Assembly: GCA_050950825.1 (NCBI GenBank)
Contig: JBMNIH010000003.1
Span: forward strand, 1-64,000
Length of the DNA stretch: 64,000 nt
Direction of reading: 5' to 3'
Source of the DNA: Clostridia bacterium
Lineage (GTDB): Bacteria > Bacillota > Clostridia > JAAYHZ01
Made by a program: the position numbers and the translations under genes. The notes beneath the pieces are model-generated. The model was not told the DNA's origin and ran no database searches. It saw nothing but the letters and a program-made list of their open reading frames with translations. This document shows, one piece after another, positions 9,725-21,139 of this stretch (positions are counted from its first letter, which is position 1; the number at the start of each line of letters is the position of its first letter).

Positions 9725-11212
9725 TTATCTCTTTTTTAAGCTTTTGACAATATTGATGCATGACGGATTTATGATATAATTTATCAGTATACCAACTGCG
9801 CTGAATACCACAAAAACTAAAGCCCCCTTCAGTATAAATTCACCGAAGGAATTGATAGAGATTGGGATATATCGCGAAGTGATGACAACCACTATAAATA
9901 GCAAAGCATTGGTTCCCAATATTGTTATTGTCTTTTTTAATGAACGCCGCAGAACCTTCCGTTCGGTTACATATGTGCAATAGATTACTTTAATCGGAAG
10001 TGCGATGACGGTTGCAAATAAAACGCCGCTGATTCCATATCTTCTGACAAGTATTACAGACAAAAATACATTGATAATGGCTTCGACAAGCGAAACATAA
10101 CTGGTCTGTTTTGCGAGTCCGGCAACAGAAGTCAAATTGCCGGATATATATCTGCTCCACGAAATAAGCTGCACTAAGCAGAACATCAGCGGAAGTTCTG
10201 AATAAATATAGTTTATATCGTTTACACCATCAGTGTATAAAGAAACGAAAGGTAAAGTCAATACATAGCAGCAGGACATCAGGATCGTTATCGCGCCAAA
10301 ATAAACGGAGTTAAAAGTGTCGTGTAAGGTTTTATATTTTTCAATATTTTCATGATAAGTGCGTCCAAGAATATAATTTGTGCTCACGAAAATTGAATTC
10401 AATATCCCGCTCAGATTGATAAACACCATATTGTAAACCGAATACACACTAGCCATCTTTGTGCTGACAAACGTCGAAAGTACTATTAAATCCGTCGCAG
10501 AAAAAATCGTCCAGGCAATTTCTGTAATGACATACGCATTTCTATCCTTTAATACACTTTTATCCTTAGAGGGTTTTAATGAAATCCATGCATAGTGTTT
10601 CTTAAAATAAAAACTATAGAAAAACGTTTGAATCAAGGCTACCAGGAAATATGAAATTTGCAGGATTACGATATCAATAGCATAATATGCCAACACAATC
10701 TTAAGCGTATAGCTGATAAGCGTATGTACCAAAGTAACGGAATTAATTACATACCCTTTACCTTCAATTCTAAGGATGATTAGCTTAGTTTGAATGAAGT
10801 AAAAACTTAACGCACCTGACAAGCCATGAAACAATACAACAAGTGAGACTGTTGTATTGTCAATATCAGAAATAATAACATATGGAGACACCACGGCAAG
10901 AAGTATCACACCAGCAATGTAAACAACAGAAACCCTTCTGAAATATGATTGCGATGCTGATGCAATATGTGATATTTCCCCTTTGTTTTTTTCTGCAAAT
11001 GGTTTATAAAGTGCATTTCTGGTAGCAGAACCGATCCCAGCTTCCAGCAGAGCCATATAGGTGAAAATTTGGGTAACTGTATTCAGAAGGCCATTTACAT
11101 CTGATCCATAAGATTTAATAACGACCCAAGGAACAACGATACCCAGAAGCGTTATGAGAAATTGTCCCCCAAACCCAAATATTGCGTTTTTAATTACTGT
11201 TTTACTATTCAT
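9725..11212 (-). CDS. wzx: Polysaccharide flippase / MATE-like exporter
   Basis: 495 aa polytopic protein; YGSDVNGL, LLEAGIG..ALYKP. Confidence 0.85.
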   Translation of the reverse strand: MNSKTVIKNAIFGFGGQFLITLLGIVVPWVVIKSYGSDVNGLLNTVTQIFTYMALLEAGIGSATRNALYKPFAEKNKGEISHIASASQSYFRRVSVVYIAGVILLAVVSPYVIISDIDNTTVSLVVLFHGLSGALSFYFIQTKLIILRIEGKGYVINSVTLVHTLISYTLKIVLAYYAIDIVILQISYFLVALIQTFFYSFYFKKHYAWISLKPSKDKSVLKDRNAYVITEIAWTIFSATDLIVLSTFVSTKMASVYSVYNMVFINLSGILNSIFVSTNYILGRTYHENIEKYKTLHDTFNSVYFGAITILMSCCYVLTLPFVSLYTDGVNDINYIYSELPLMFCLVQLISWSRYISGNLTSVAGLAKQTSYVSLVEAIINVFLSVILVRRYGISGVLFATVIALPIKVIYCTYVTERKVLRRSLKKTITILGTNALLFIVVVITSRYIPISINSFGEFILKGALVFVVFSAVGILINYIINPSCINIVKSLKKR

Positions 11213-11311
11213 ACATCTCTCTCAATTGTGTGGGGCACACCGTATTCAAGTGTTTACGCATCTTCCCAAAAGACAGAAACAGCGCTTTTTTTGCAAATCT
11301 TTCTATTCAGT

Positions 11312-13610
11312 TCATGTTCTTTTTATCGTCTTGTATACGCTATTCAATACCTTATTATTCTTGACTGTCCTTTTGATTTTCCACTTCAGAATCGCTTTAT
11401 CCCCGCACTCTGCATACCTTACTGCGACAGACCTCCAACCTCTGGATAAGTACAGCTTCCAGAAAACTGACTGCTTCACGTCCTTTTTCAAAGGGTGGAA
11501 CAGGTGAGGCTGCTTTTCCTCATGGATTGAACTTAACTCAGTTCTATACTTCTCCAATGATTCGATTTCACTAAGGACCTTTGCGCCTCGATTTGTGTTT
11601 GCCAATACCATAGAAATACCATCTGAAAGAAGCAGCTCTGGATGATCAATCTCAAGGCCCCAATAATCCGCTATTGTAATGTCGCTCACCCGGTCAAAGC
11701 TTGTAAACGGACAATTATAACAGGAGCTTCTGATCCCAAAATCAAGGTGGAAAATATTTTTGTATGCCTGTGTGACCGGATGTGTATGATCTTCCTTGCC
11801 ATTTTCAAACACAAACATCTCATGATGCGCCCAGCCGGATACTTTTGATCTGGGATAATATGCAACGACCTTCGATTTGAAATAATCCTCACAATAATGA
11901 ATTTGGTCGTGCAATAAAGAGGGGCTGGGAACACCGTGACAGATAAAATCACACAGAATCAAGATTGTCACGATTCTCTTTGCAGTACGATCTCACTGCG
12001 GCGACCTGGCAAGGCGTTCCCACAAAGAACACAGTCCGATTCTCCTGAAGTTTTTTTCTCACGGTCTCCAATATGCCGGTCATATCCGCCTGAACATATT
12101 TTGATCCGAGTAACGGTTCGATGTCCTGAATCCGTTCGATAACCGTATGCTTTAAGTGAAATTCATTATCAAAGGCAGCACCAAAGACAACTCCATTGTG
12201 TTCTAATACATACCTTGAGATTTCATAAAAAACACCACCCGAGGAGCTTTTCTTAACGACGTCTTTATCTTTGCTGAAGGCAGCATAAACTCCAAGCGGA
12301 AGGTGGTCGTTGGCTTCTTTTTCCTTCACCAAAAATGGGCATTCACGCACACATTTTCCGCAATTCACACACTTGTTGAAGTCTACCTTGGGACGCAAAA
12401 AACCCTTTTCATCATGAATCAGGTCAATTGCGTTTACGGGGCATATTTCGGAGCAATATGTACAGCCACAGCAATGATCTGATGCTATGGAAATAATAGA
12501 ATTCTGCTTCTTCTGTTTCTGTGGAACATACTCTCCAGCTAATACACCTGCAAGATAATTGTATGAATTCGTCCGGAGTTCATTCAGTTTTTCATTTACT
12601 GTATCGTATTCTATCCGATCTTCCTTCAGATTTTCGTCTCGTATAATTCTGTCTGACAAAGAAAAATCCGAAAGGATATCCGTGATTCTTGAATTTGCAT
12701 TTACACCTGCAGGCAACAGTTCAACCCAGAATTGCCTATTGAAATTGATAGAAAACGCAACCCCGTGAAACGAATTCGTAAAAACATACGCCGCATTTTG
12801 GAATAGAGACACCCATTCCTCAATGCCGCTGGTCGAGGCATCACTAAAGCCTTTAATCACTTTACCGCTGGAATTGATGCATACCACCGGCATGCCTGTC
12901 TTTTTAGCAAACATTCTGACACTACGAACCAGTGAATCGCTGTAAACAAGCATATATAATAGAATAAATTGCCCTTCAAATGCAGATACAGATTCTCCAA
13001 TTTGTTCATACTCGGCTTTTTCAAGCAGGAAAGTTGGATCTAAAACTCTAACAGCAGAAATCTGTATCTGCTCCTGCAAGGATTTACAAGCCGTTTTTTC
13101 ACGAACGCTTATAGCCCGAAAGTCATGGAGCAAGTTCCACATACTGCCCAGTCTGCTTTCGGGAAAGCTGTCAGAGCCAATACTTGCTGCATAAGAGCAT
13201 CTTTTTTCAGGAGGAACAAAATCGAGGAAATAATGGCTGTCCTCATTTGTTATTTTCTCGTTCCAAACCTGATCACTACCGCAGAATACCACATCATACT
13301 CTTTGGACGCATCGGCCAACTGTTCTTCAGCGATTGCTTCTGTTGTGTTCAGTTTAGAGGCACAGAAAGAAACAATTTTCTCAGCTTTTGCTAGGTTTCT
13401 TTGGTATATATCCAAGTCATTTCTGTATTTAAGCGGATTTCGATAATCCGTTCTTTTCGGCTCAACAAGGTTGGTTTTTACAGCAGGATTTGAATAATTT
13501 AGGATAGCAGCCTCACAGCCCATTTTGCGTAAAGCTTCCTGAAGTGCATAAGCTTGCAAAACTGCACCATAATTTAAAGCATTATGAAAAGTAAGAATGC
13601 CTGCTTTCAT
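11312..13610 (-). pseudogene. Polysaccharide pyruvyl transferase fused to 4Fe-4S and FrhB-like domains, split by a 1-nt frameshift near 11960
   Basis: NYGAVLQAYAL, GSDQVWN, TNSFHG; CCGCTYC..CP; SSSGG, GSKYVQ, VGTPCQV; continues as ILCDFICHGVPSP in another frame. Confidence 0.8.
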
Positions 13611-14623
13611 TCTGTAATTCCTTTCTTAACCTTCATGCCATAGGCGCAGAAGAATAAAAATAATGGCCAATTGAGTCTGCAATTCACGAGCGCCTTACAT
13701 ATCTTTAACTTCTTGTTTTTCTTCGCGTTAGCCAAATACTTCTTAATAGTATCATCCTGTTTAAACTGTAAGGCTGCTTTACTACGATTATCTTTTGCAG
13801 GCTTACTCGAATTAGCAAAATACCCGATTACACAGTTAAATAAAGCTCCATAATACGAGGAATACGCTTTTTGCATTGTATCGTCGTCCACACCAATATG
13901 CGAAAATCCATCAATCAGATATGAATAAACCTTTTTTGTTGTGTCGTATCTATCTACTCGGAATTTGTTAAATAGTGAATCCGTCCTGGCTCGATAATAG
14001 TAGTATCCTATGTAATCAATAGATTTAACTGTTTTTGCAACCTGCAGATATTTCAGAACAAATACTGTATCTTCGCCCAAACTGATATCTTCTGGAAAAC
14101 TCAATTGATGATCATCTATCAGTCTCTTTTTATATAATTTGCAACATGGCCCATTTATGCAAATGGGATCAAATGTTGTTTTATATCCCTTCAGAAAATC
14201 AGAGGTTTCAGTGCAACAATTATTTAATGCATATTTTTCAAGAAAAGAGTTATCATCTACAACTTGTATTCCCGAGATTATTAAATCTGCATCCTGGTTC
14301 TCGCAAACCATCTTCTCAATATAATCAGGGCTTATATAGTCATCGCTGTCTATGAAAGTGACATAATCACCAGTTGCATTTTTTATACCAGCATTCCTGG
14401 CTGAAGATACGCCGCCATTTTCCTTATGGATTACATTGAATCTGATGTCATTCATCTGTAACTGCTTGCATAAACGAAAAGATCCATCCGTAGAGCCGTC
14501 ATCAACCAGCCATATTTCTAAGTTTTCATATGTTTGAGTGGCAATAGAGTCACAGCACTTTATAATCGTGTGTTCTGCGTTATAAACTGGAACTATTATT
14601 GATACCTTTATGGAATTCAGCAT
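13607..14623 (-). CDS. GT2 glycosyltransferase
   Basis: VSIIVPVYN, VDDGSTD, NGGVSSARNAG, FIDSDD. Confidence 0.9.
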   Translation of the reverse strand: MLNSIKVSIIVPVYNAEHTIIKCCDSIATQTYENLEIWLVDDGSTDGSFRLCKQLQMNDIRFNVIHKENGGVSSARNAGIKNATGDYVTFIDSDDYISPDYIEKMVCENQDADLIISGIQVVDDNSFLEKYALNNCCTETSDFLKGYKTTFDPICINGPCCKLYKKRLIDDHQLSFPEDISLGEDTVFVLKYLQVAKTVKSIDYIGYYYYRARTDSLFNKFRVDRYDTTKKVYSYLIDGFSHIGVDDDTMQKAYSSYYGALFNCVIGYFANSSKPAKDNRSKAALQFKQDDTIKKYLANAKKNKKLKICKALVNCRLNWPLFLFFCAYGMKVKKGITE

Positions 14624-15809
14624 AAAATCTCCTATTCTCAGCGAAGCAAATTCCCCAGAAAACAAGCATAATGCCAAAGTAATTGTAATAAATTATTAAG
14701 TGACTGGTCATTGAAAACACAAACAATATAGCTAATGATGCGATAAAAGGCGCAGCATATTCTGCCTTGATTTTGACCGAAAGCAGTGCCTCCCGAACAA
14801 GTTTAACAATAAACGACGCATACATAACAAAACCTACGATACCATAATCATATAGCACCTCTAAAATGTCATTGTGTGCGCTAACAAATTCTCCTAAATA
14901 TCCATCTGTTGCAACCCTTGATGCCCAAACTCCATTATATCCGTACCCAAATATCCAATGAATAATGCTCGCCTTTTTCTGTGCTTCCCAAACCTGAGAA
15001 TAGATATAAAATCGATTAGATCCTTGATCCTCTCGAATCGCACTGATCGATAATGTTGATAACAAATTCGTACCATACCGCTGCATGATAGTTGTATAAC
15101 CAATAAGTAAACCAGCCGAGATTAAAACGCCCATGACAATCATTCGTAAATAATGTGGCTCTTTTTCAGTAATTGTTCTGTATAAATACAATACGAGCAA
15201 AAACAAAATATATGCCAAAAAAGCCGTTCGTTTCATGCTAACAACAATGAGAGTACCTATTACGCCGAACAGACTGTATCTAATAATTTTGTTCTTTAAG
15301 CATCCAACGAAAGGCAGGCATAGCGCAATATAATATACCGTGTTGTTATGAATCATCAAAGTGCCATAAACATTCTGACTCACTAATGCTATAAAAACCA
15401 AGGAAAACAGAACGATAAAGAAGTTTGACGTCTTAATTATTCTATCATATTCCAAACCTGTCGCACACCTATAGGACGTCACCAAACAGGCGACAAAACT
15501 AGACATATATATAATCTGTTTCCATAGAGGCCCATCTGCAGTATAATTCGCTATTATTGTGCTAATTACAGCCCAAACCTGAAAAGCACAGAAAATACTA
15601 ATTGCACCATTCTTATAACCACGCGGAAGTGTTACTGCTAATATAAATGCTAAATCAATTCCAAGATAGAAAATCAGTCTTCCGAGAGATGTAATGATTG
15701 GAACGTTAATCCTATAGTAAAATGATGAATAGTATATTAACAGGCATATCAGTGATGCCCAAAGAAGAACCAATATCGCATCTCTTCTTGTACATCTAAT
15801 TCTCAGCAT
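14580..15809 (-). CDS. wzy: Wzy polymerase / O-antigen ligase family
   Basis: Polytopic membrane protein; SMKRTA, IFGYG, SAHNDILEVLYDYGIVG. Confidence 0.8.
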   Translation of the reverse strand: MLRIRCTRRDAILVLLWASLICLLIYYSSFYYRINVPIITSLGRLIFYLGIDLAFILAVTLPRGYKNGAISIFCAFQVWAVISTIIANYTADGPLWKQIIYMSSFVACLVTSYRCATGLEYDRIIKTSNFFIVLFSLVFIALVSQNVYGTLMIHNNTVYYIALCLPFVGCLKNKIIRYSLFGVIGTLIVVSMKRTAFLAYILFLLVLYLYRTITEKEPHYLRMIVMGVLISAGLLIGYTTIMQRYGTNLLSTLSISAIREDQGSNRFYIYSQVWEAQKKASIIHWIFGYGYNGVWASRVATDGYLGEFVSAHNDILEVLYDYGIVGFVMYASFIVKLVREALLSVKIKAEYAAPFIASLAILFVFSMTSHLIIYYNYFGIMLVFWGICFAENRRFYAEFHKGINNSSSL

Positions 15810-15810
15810 A

Positions 15811-16776
15811 TTACTTTCCTTTGATTATACTAATTACTTTTCTTTTTATCTTACCAAATGGTTTTCTGATTCTCCAAGATAGTGGGTACAGAATGATCCT
15901 GTCAATTATTCTTTCGTATTCATAATCTATCAAAACAGTTTCTGGATGTTTCAAAGGGTAATCAAGCGGATATGATTCCATTCCACAGAAACGTTTCGTC
16001 ATTATATTATTGTAAGAATGACCTCCATGCTCAGAAAAAGCATCAACTCCAATATTTCTTATCTGATTGTATTTAGGGGAAATTCCCAGAAGGTCATTCG
16101 CTCGAATAGAAAAGCACATCTGAAAATCCCAAGATCCAAATCTTTCTCCATTCTGCATCCTGGTTCTTTCTCTATCTATGACTTCAAGCTGCTGTTTAAA
16201 GAGTGGTTTGCATCTGTATGTCTCTCTCATCCTAGAAACTACTATGTCATTATAATGCTCAAAGTACGCATCATAGTATTTGACAAACTTATTCTTCCAA
16301 GATGCCCAGCCACAGGGGAGCAGACTTTGGGTAAACATGTAGCTTTCGTTGCTTTCATTATTATATTTGCCTAGATAATTTGTTCCGCACACCCATAAAA
16401 CTCTGTCGTTATCTTTATAGCGATCAAGCATTTCCTTACAAAACTGAAAGAATGTCACTTCCGGTAAATTATCGTCTTCAAGAAAAATTGCAACATCTTC
16501 TTTCTCAAAAACTCGTAATGCGCCTAGCCCTATGTTTCCAAAAACACCTCTGTTTTCAGGCGCATAGTCCTTAATTACATCGCATTCCCAGTTTATAGCT
16601 TTCTCTACTGTTTCCCTACACAGAGAGACTCGCTTTTTCTCTTCCTCATTCCTACCCTGGTCACACATTAGATACAATCTCTTCGGTTTAACCTCCGATA
16701 GTCTTTCAATGATTCTCAAAACTGTATCAGATCTTTGAAAGAGAAACAGGCAAACCGGAATATCAAAACCTTCCAT
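15811..16776 (-). CDS. GT-A fold glycosyltransferase-like protein
   Basis: PVCLFLFQR, IFLEDD, PCGWASW, WDFQ, NQIRNIG. Confidence 0.7.
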   Translation of the reverse strand: MEGFDIPVCLFLFQRSDTVLRIIERLSEVKPKRLYLMCDQGRNEEEKKRVSLCRETVEKAINWECDVIKDYAPENRGVFGNIGLGALRVFEKEDVAIFLEDDNLPEVTFFQFCKEMLDRYKDNDRVLWVCGTNYLGKYNNESNESYMFTQSLLPCGWASWKNKFVKYYDAYFEHYNDIVVSRMRETYRCKPLFKQQLEVIDRERTRMQNGERFGSWDFQMCFSIRANDLLGISPKYNQIRNIGVDAFSEHGGHSYNNIMTKRFCGMESYPLDYPLKHPETVLIDYEYERIIDRIILYPLSWRIRKPFGKIKRKVISIIKGK

Positions 16777-17917
16777 AATTAGCTCCCTTTGCATTACATG
16801 CGTTTCTTAACACTGAATTGATCTGGTCTGCATATAATCTGAAATCGAAAAAAAGCTCCGCTGCTTTTCTGGCATTTGTCCTCATCTTTTGTCGTTCCTC
16901 AATGGTGGAACTTACGATTTCACGAAGGACTACTTCGATTGCATCAGCAGAATACTCTTTAACCAAATACCCATTAATTCCGTTTTCAAGAACTAAAGAA
17001 ATATCTCCTGTGTCGTTGCAAATGGCAGGAGTACCAAATGTCATGCACTCGCCCAGTTTTGTTGGAAAACCAGCATTCGCTGATCGCCTGTTCAATCTGA
17101 AAAAAACACTGAAATCAGAATCTCGGCAGGCTTTCTGCGCTTCTTCCTGAGCAACTCTTCCATGCAGAATGATATTGGTATGTCTTTGCAGAACGGAATA
17201 GCTATCTCCCATATGCTTTTTGACTTCAGTTTCTGAAGGGCCAAAAATATCTAACTGAAATCTGTTTCCTTGCGGGTCAACACGATCCATCGCTTCAACA
17301 AAGTATCTGATATTGTCCTTTGAGCTATCTAACTGACCTGAAAAAATGAATCTTATCCTGTTATTGGAAGTCTCAAGTCTCGGAGTGGTTTGTTCTGTAT
17401 CTGTAATCGTGGGGATTCTGATCACGTTCTTCAGATATGCCTTGTAATAGGATTCTATCATCCTTGAAATGGCAATAATCCCGTCAACCTTTGTAAAACA
17501 GTAACGCCACATGAAAAGAAATCGATAATATCTGGGATCCAGATATCCAAATCTCCAATTGCTTGCGTTATGCCATTCTACAGAATCCAGAACAAAAGGT
17601 ATTCCGTGTTTCTTTGCTGCTTCATGTATTTCACTGTAGTGACGTATCGAACTCTGACCGATGACAACATCTGGTCTTCGCTCAGACAGGATTTTGTCTA
17701 AACATTTTTCAAGTGACTCATTTTCATAGGCGAGATATGTCAGGCTTGGATACGCTTGCGACCACCAATCCTTCGTATAATCGTCAATATTAATCTTCGA
17801 GGCGATCACGGTAACTTCATTGCCGCATGAGGAAATCAGCTTTGATAATTGCATGGTACGGAAAATCGAAGCATTGCCGAATGGAAATGGCTCCGTCCTT
17901 ATGATTGCTACGTTCAT
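16763..17917 (-). CDS. GT4 glycosyltransferase
   Basis: AGFPTKLGECM..GTPAI.ND.GDI. Confidence 0.85.
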   Translation of the reverse strand: MNVAIIRTEPFPFGNASIFRTMQLSKLISSCGNEVTVIASKINIDDYTKDWWSQAYPSLTYLAYENESLEKCLDKILSERRPDVVIGQSSIRHYSEIHEAAKKHGIPFVLDSVEWHNASNWRFGYLDPRYYRFLFMWRYCFTKVDGIIAISRMIESYYKAYLKNVIRIPTITDTEQTTPRLETSNNRIRFIFSGQLDSSKDNIRYFVEAMDRVDPQGNRFQLDIFGPSETEVKKHMGDSYSVLQRHTNIILHGRVAQEEAQKACRDSDFSVFFRLNRRSANAGFPTKLGECMTFGTPAICNDTGDISLVLENGINGYLVKEYSADAIEVVLREIVSSTIEERQKMRTNARKAAELFFDFRLYADQINSVLRNACNAKGANYGRF

Positions 17918-17948
17918 GGTTAATACCTCATGTGAATGTCTTATGAGA

Positions 17949-19073
17949 TCAATGCATCAGAGACTTTAGCCCTTCTAAAACTAATTCCCTGTGTGTCTCA
18001 TCGTCGATCGTATTGATTATTTCCGCAATTCGCTTTTTCCCATACAGGTTTGCAACATTTATGCTTTTGTGAAAAAGCTTCTGCTTCACGCGGTTCAATC
18101 CCGAGCGGAAGGTTCCACCTAGGCTGTTCATATAAATTGGAAGTTTCTGTTCTGCGAGCTTTCGATATTCAGATTTAATAAAACCAGGTTGCTGAATCGC
18201 ACGGGATCTATTCATAAAACCGTTTAGAATTTCCTTGGCTTCCTCGTCGGTTGCTATGCGTACAGTGTTTCCGCGCTTTACTAACGGAATAAAGGAGATT
18301 TTCTTCACATCTTCCAACCTGATTAATAATCCCGTTTTCCAATACTCATTCTCGGACCGGTCAAATAAAAAATTGCCTTGACCATAAATGATCGATCCGG
18401 ATTCATATTCTTCCATACATCCGACACAATGTGAGTGTTGACAAATCACGACATCAGCGCCCGAGGAAATAAACTTACGGCAAATCCTTTGCAGCATCGG
18501 TGAAGGATATCTGTATAATTCATTTCCGCCATGATACAACACTATAAGATAGTCGCATTTCTCTTTTAAGTGTTTAACGTTGTCGAAAGACTCTAACGGA
18601 TCAAACGGATTCGCCCCTGACCGATTCTCCCCGGCTATTGAAAACTCATGTTCAACACATGCAAAAACGCCAACCCTCTTGCTATCTGAGGAAAAAACGA
18701 ACGGCTTGCTTGCTTCTTCAAGATTCTTCCCCGCTCCGACGTAAGAGATATGGTTTTCCGTTAGTGTTTTTAAGGTCATGAAGAGTCCTTGCTCTCCTTG
18801 ATCATAGATATGATTATTTGCGACAGTCAGAAGATCAGCTTTTGCAGCTAAGTATCCATTTATCGAGCAAACAGGCGCAATAAGATTAGGTCCACATTTC
18901 AAGATCGGATTTTTTACATCCGTCAAAGGTGTTTCCAGATTAAAAATGCGATAGTCCGCCTCATGCAATAGTTTTGCTAAATCCGCCCCAAACAGCGACT
19001 CTGTGTCTCCTTTAACAAACAAATCAATATTTGATCTTGTAGGAACAAAATCTGCGCCAACCAGTATATTCAT
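17949..19073 (-). CDS. CapA/PGA_cap-family metallophosphoesterase
   Basis: IFNLETP, ANNHIYDQG, YHGGNE, HSHC, YGQGNF. Confidence 0.88.
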   Translation of the reverse strand: MNILVGADFVPTRSNIDLFVKGDTESLFGADLAKLLHEADYRIFNLETPLTDVKNPILKCGPNLIAPVCSINGYLAAKADLLTVANNHIYDQGEQGLFMTLKTLTENHISYVGAGKNLEEASKPFVFSSDSKRVGVFACVEHEFSIAGENRSGANPFDPLESFDNVKHLKEKCDYLIVLYHGGNELYRYPSPMLQRICRKFISSGADVVICQHSHCVGCMEEYESGSIIYGQGNFLFDRSENEYWKTGLLIRLEDVKKISFIPLVKRGNTVRIATDEEAKEILNGFMNRSRAIQQPGFIKSEYRKLAEQKLPIYMNSLGGTFRSGLNRVKQKLFHKSINVANLYGKKRIAEIINTIDDETHRELVLEGLKSLMH

Positions 19074-19087
19074 GACATTTTCCTCTA

Positions 19088-19990
19088 TTACTTCTGTAGC
19101 TTAATCCACGAGCCCAGTATAGAATCCCATTCAGCAGGTTCAAACCGACCCATTCCCGAGGCGGGATAGAATGTTATTTCTCCGAAGTAGACACGAGAAT
19201 CGATATAATACAGATCAACGCGGACAAAACGAAGACCCTTTGCTAGGTTTTCAGCGATTTCTATCATTTTCTTCAAATCGCCTGGCATCTCCAGAGTGAC
19301 ATTTGGGTCAAACATATACCTTTTTTCGCCAAATGGAAGTAACACTCCATCGGGATCATAGTAATTTGCACGGTGCTTTACAAACCGATCAAAGTCTATT
19401 TTGAAGCACCTGACTTTCCCATCAAAGCAGAAAAATTTATAGTCCCGTAACTCATGGAGCTGCTTGTCCTCCATATATGCTTCTGCAATGATTCTCGGTT
19501 TAACGTTCTTATAAGGCCACTCTCTCTGCCCCCAATAGAAGTTATGTCGCAGACATCTATTGATTTTTCTTCTTGCCGCCGCCTTATCAAATGTGCTTTT
19601 ATCCTTACATATGATAAGCCCGCCACTGTCATGCGTACATTTCAGCACAAACTGAGCTGGTAATGCATCGAAATCAATTTCATCAAAAGAATCCCAGACT
19701 CCGAGTGTCGGAATGATGTAAGCCTCTCCTATCTTCTCCTTGACATATTCCTTGACCTCATATTTGTCAACCAACTTTGTATACAATGGGTTTCTGTCAT
19801 AAAGCTTCAGCCATTGTAGTTTTTCGTTAAATGTCGTCGGGTTGGTCAGATTCAGTTCTTTTCCAATCGTTATCTTATACGCTATCTTCAGATACTTCTC
19901 ATCACTCATCCAATTAAAAATACCACGTTGACCGAGCGTCATAAACAGCAATGATGGTTTCTTTAGTATTTTTTTATAACCCGAAGACAT
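19088..19990 (-). CDS. TupA-like ATP-grasp protein
   Basis: PTTFNEKLQWLKL, VDKYEVK, VLKCTHDSG, DYKFFCF, GEITFYP. Confidence 0.88.
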   Translation of the reverse strand: MSSGYKKILKKPSLLFMTLGQRGIFNWMSDEKYLKIAYKITIGKELNLTNPTTFNEKLQWLKLYDRNPLYTKLVDKYEVKEYVKEKIGEAYIIPTLGVWDSFDEIDFDALPAQFVLKCTHDSGGLIICKDKSTFDKAAARRKINRCLRHNFYWGQREWPYKNVKPRIIAEAYMEDKQLHELRDYKFFCFDGKVRCFKIDFDRFVKHRANYYDPDGVLLPFGEKRYMFDPNVTLEMPGDLKKMIEIAENLAKGLRFVRVDLYYIDSRVYFGEITFYPASGMGRFEPAEWDSILGSWIKLQK

Positions 19991-20004
19991 GACGTATTCC
20001 TCAC

Positions 20005-21138
20005 TTACTTTCCACTTTTGCCTGCTTCAGAAAGCGCACTATAAATGTTCTGATATTTCTGGCTATTCATTGTGGCACTCAGATTATCTTTCACCGTAAT
20101 GGCGGCCTCAGCGCCCATCGCTCTATAGTCTGCTTCTGTCAGTTTTTGCATGTTCTGTGCGAGATCATGATGATCTCCTTGGCGGTACACAAATCCGCAT
20201 TTTGGATCGGTATGATAAATTTCCAGATGCTGTTCTATGTCAGAGAGCACATAGGGAAGGCCTGTCGCCATGGCCTCCAGGACACCGTTGGGCATTCCTT
20301 CTGAGATACTTGTAGAGACATACGCATCACAGGCTTTTAAGTAGTCATTGACATTTAGTACATTTCCTCTGAAATCGACACCGTTGATACTGCCAAATCT
20401 GGTTTTTAATTCCTGAAGCATATTGCCATCCCCAAGAATCAAAAGATAGATGTTTGAAGCAGTGAGATATTTTTCAAATGCTTCCAGTAGAAATACCTGA
20501 TTTTTTCTCTGAATGATCTGACCGGAATACACGAAAACAAATTTATCCTCTGGCAGCTTTAACTCCTTCCGCAGCCTTTCCTTCTCATCCGGTACAGGTT
20601 CATGATAATTCTCGATATCAACACCATTCTGGATATAATCGAAGTCTAGTTTCAGTTTTTCCTTATAGATCTCTGCAAGGCTTGCGGAGCAGGTTACCGT
20701 CTTTGCTGCACGTTTGATTGCATACATATTCATATATGCTGCAAGCATGCTCTTGAGATATCCATACTTATCGAAGCCATCTGTAAAAATGTAGTTCCTC
20801 AGTGTGATGACCTGTTTGAATTTTTTCAGTCTAGCTATTGCAAAGTTGGGAAATGCACCTAATGTGTGAATTACATCTGGCTGAATCTCCTCCAGACATT
20901 TTCTCAACTTCTTATCTGTCCCAAGAAGAATTTCTTTTTTTCCCGTCGGAACATAATAGTGCTTGACGTAGGGAAGAAATTTTTCCAATTGACTGGAGCC
21001 ATCCGTCGCTTCCTCGTAAATAGTCAGAAGGATCGGGTCAAACTTTTCCCTATCCAGGTTCTTGATAATATTCAGTGTTTGCTGAATGGGGCCGCTCTTT
21101 TTACATGCAGTTACAAAAAAAACAATCTTCGATAACAT
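20005..21138 (-). CDS. GT4 glycosyltransferase
   Basis: NGVD, SEGMPNGVLEAMATGLP. Confidence 0.9.
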   Translation of the reverse strand: MLSKIVFFVTACKKSGPIQQTLNIIKNLDREKFDPILLTIYEEATDGSSQLEKFLPYVKHYYVPTGKKEILLGTDKKLRKCLEEIQPDVIHTLGAFPNFAIARLKKFKQVITLRNYIFTDGFDKYGYLKSMLAAYMNMYAIKRAAKTVTCSASLAEIYKEKLKLDFDYIQNGVDIENYHEPVPDEKERLRKELKLPEDKFVFVYSGQIIQRKNQVFLLEAFEKYLTASNIYLLILGDGNMLQELKTRFGSINGVDFRGNVLNVNDYLKACDAYVSTSISEGMPNGVLEAMATGLPYVLSDIEQHLEIYHTDPKCGFVYRQGDHHDLAQNMQKLTEADYRAMGAEAAITVKDNLSATMNSQKYQNIYSALSEAGKSGK

Positions 21139-21139
21139 T

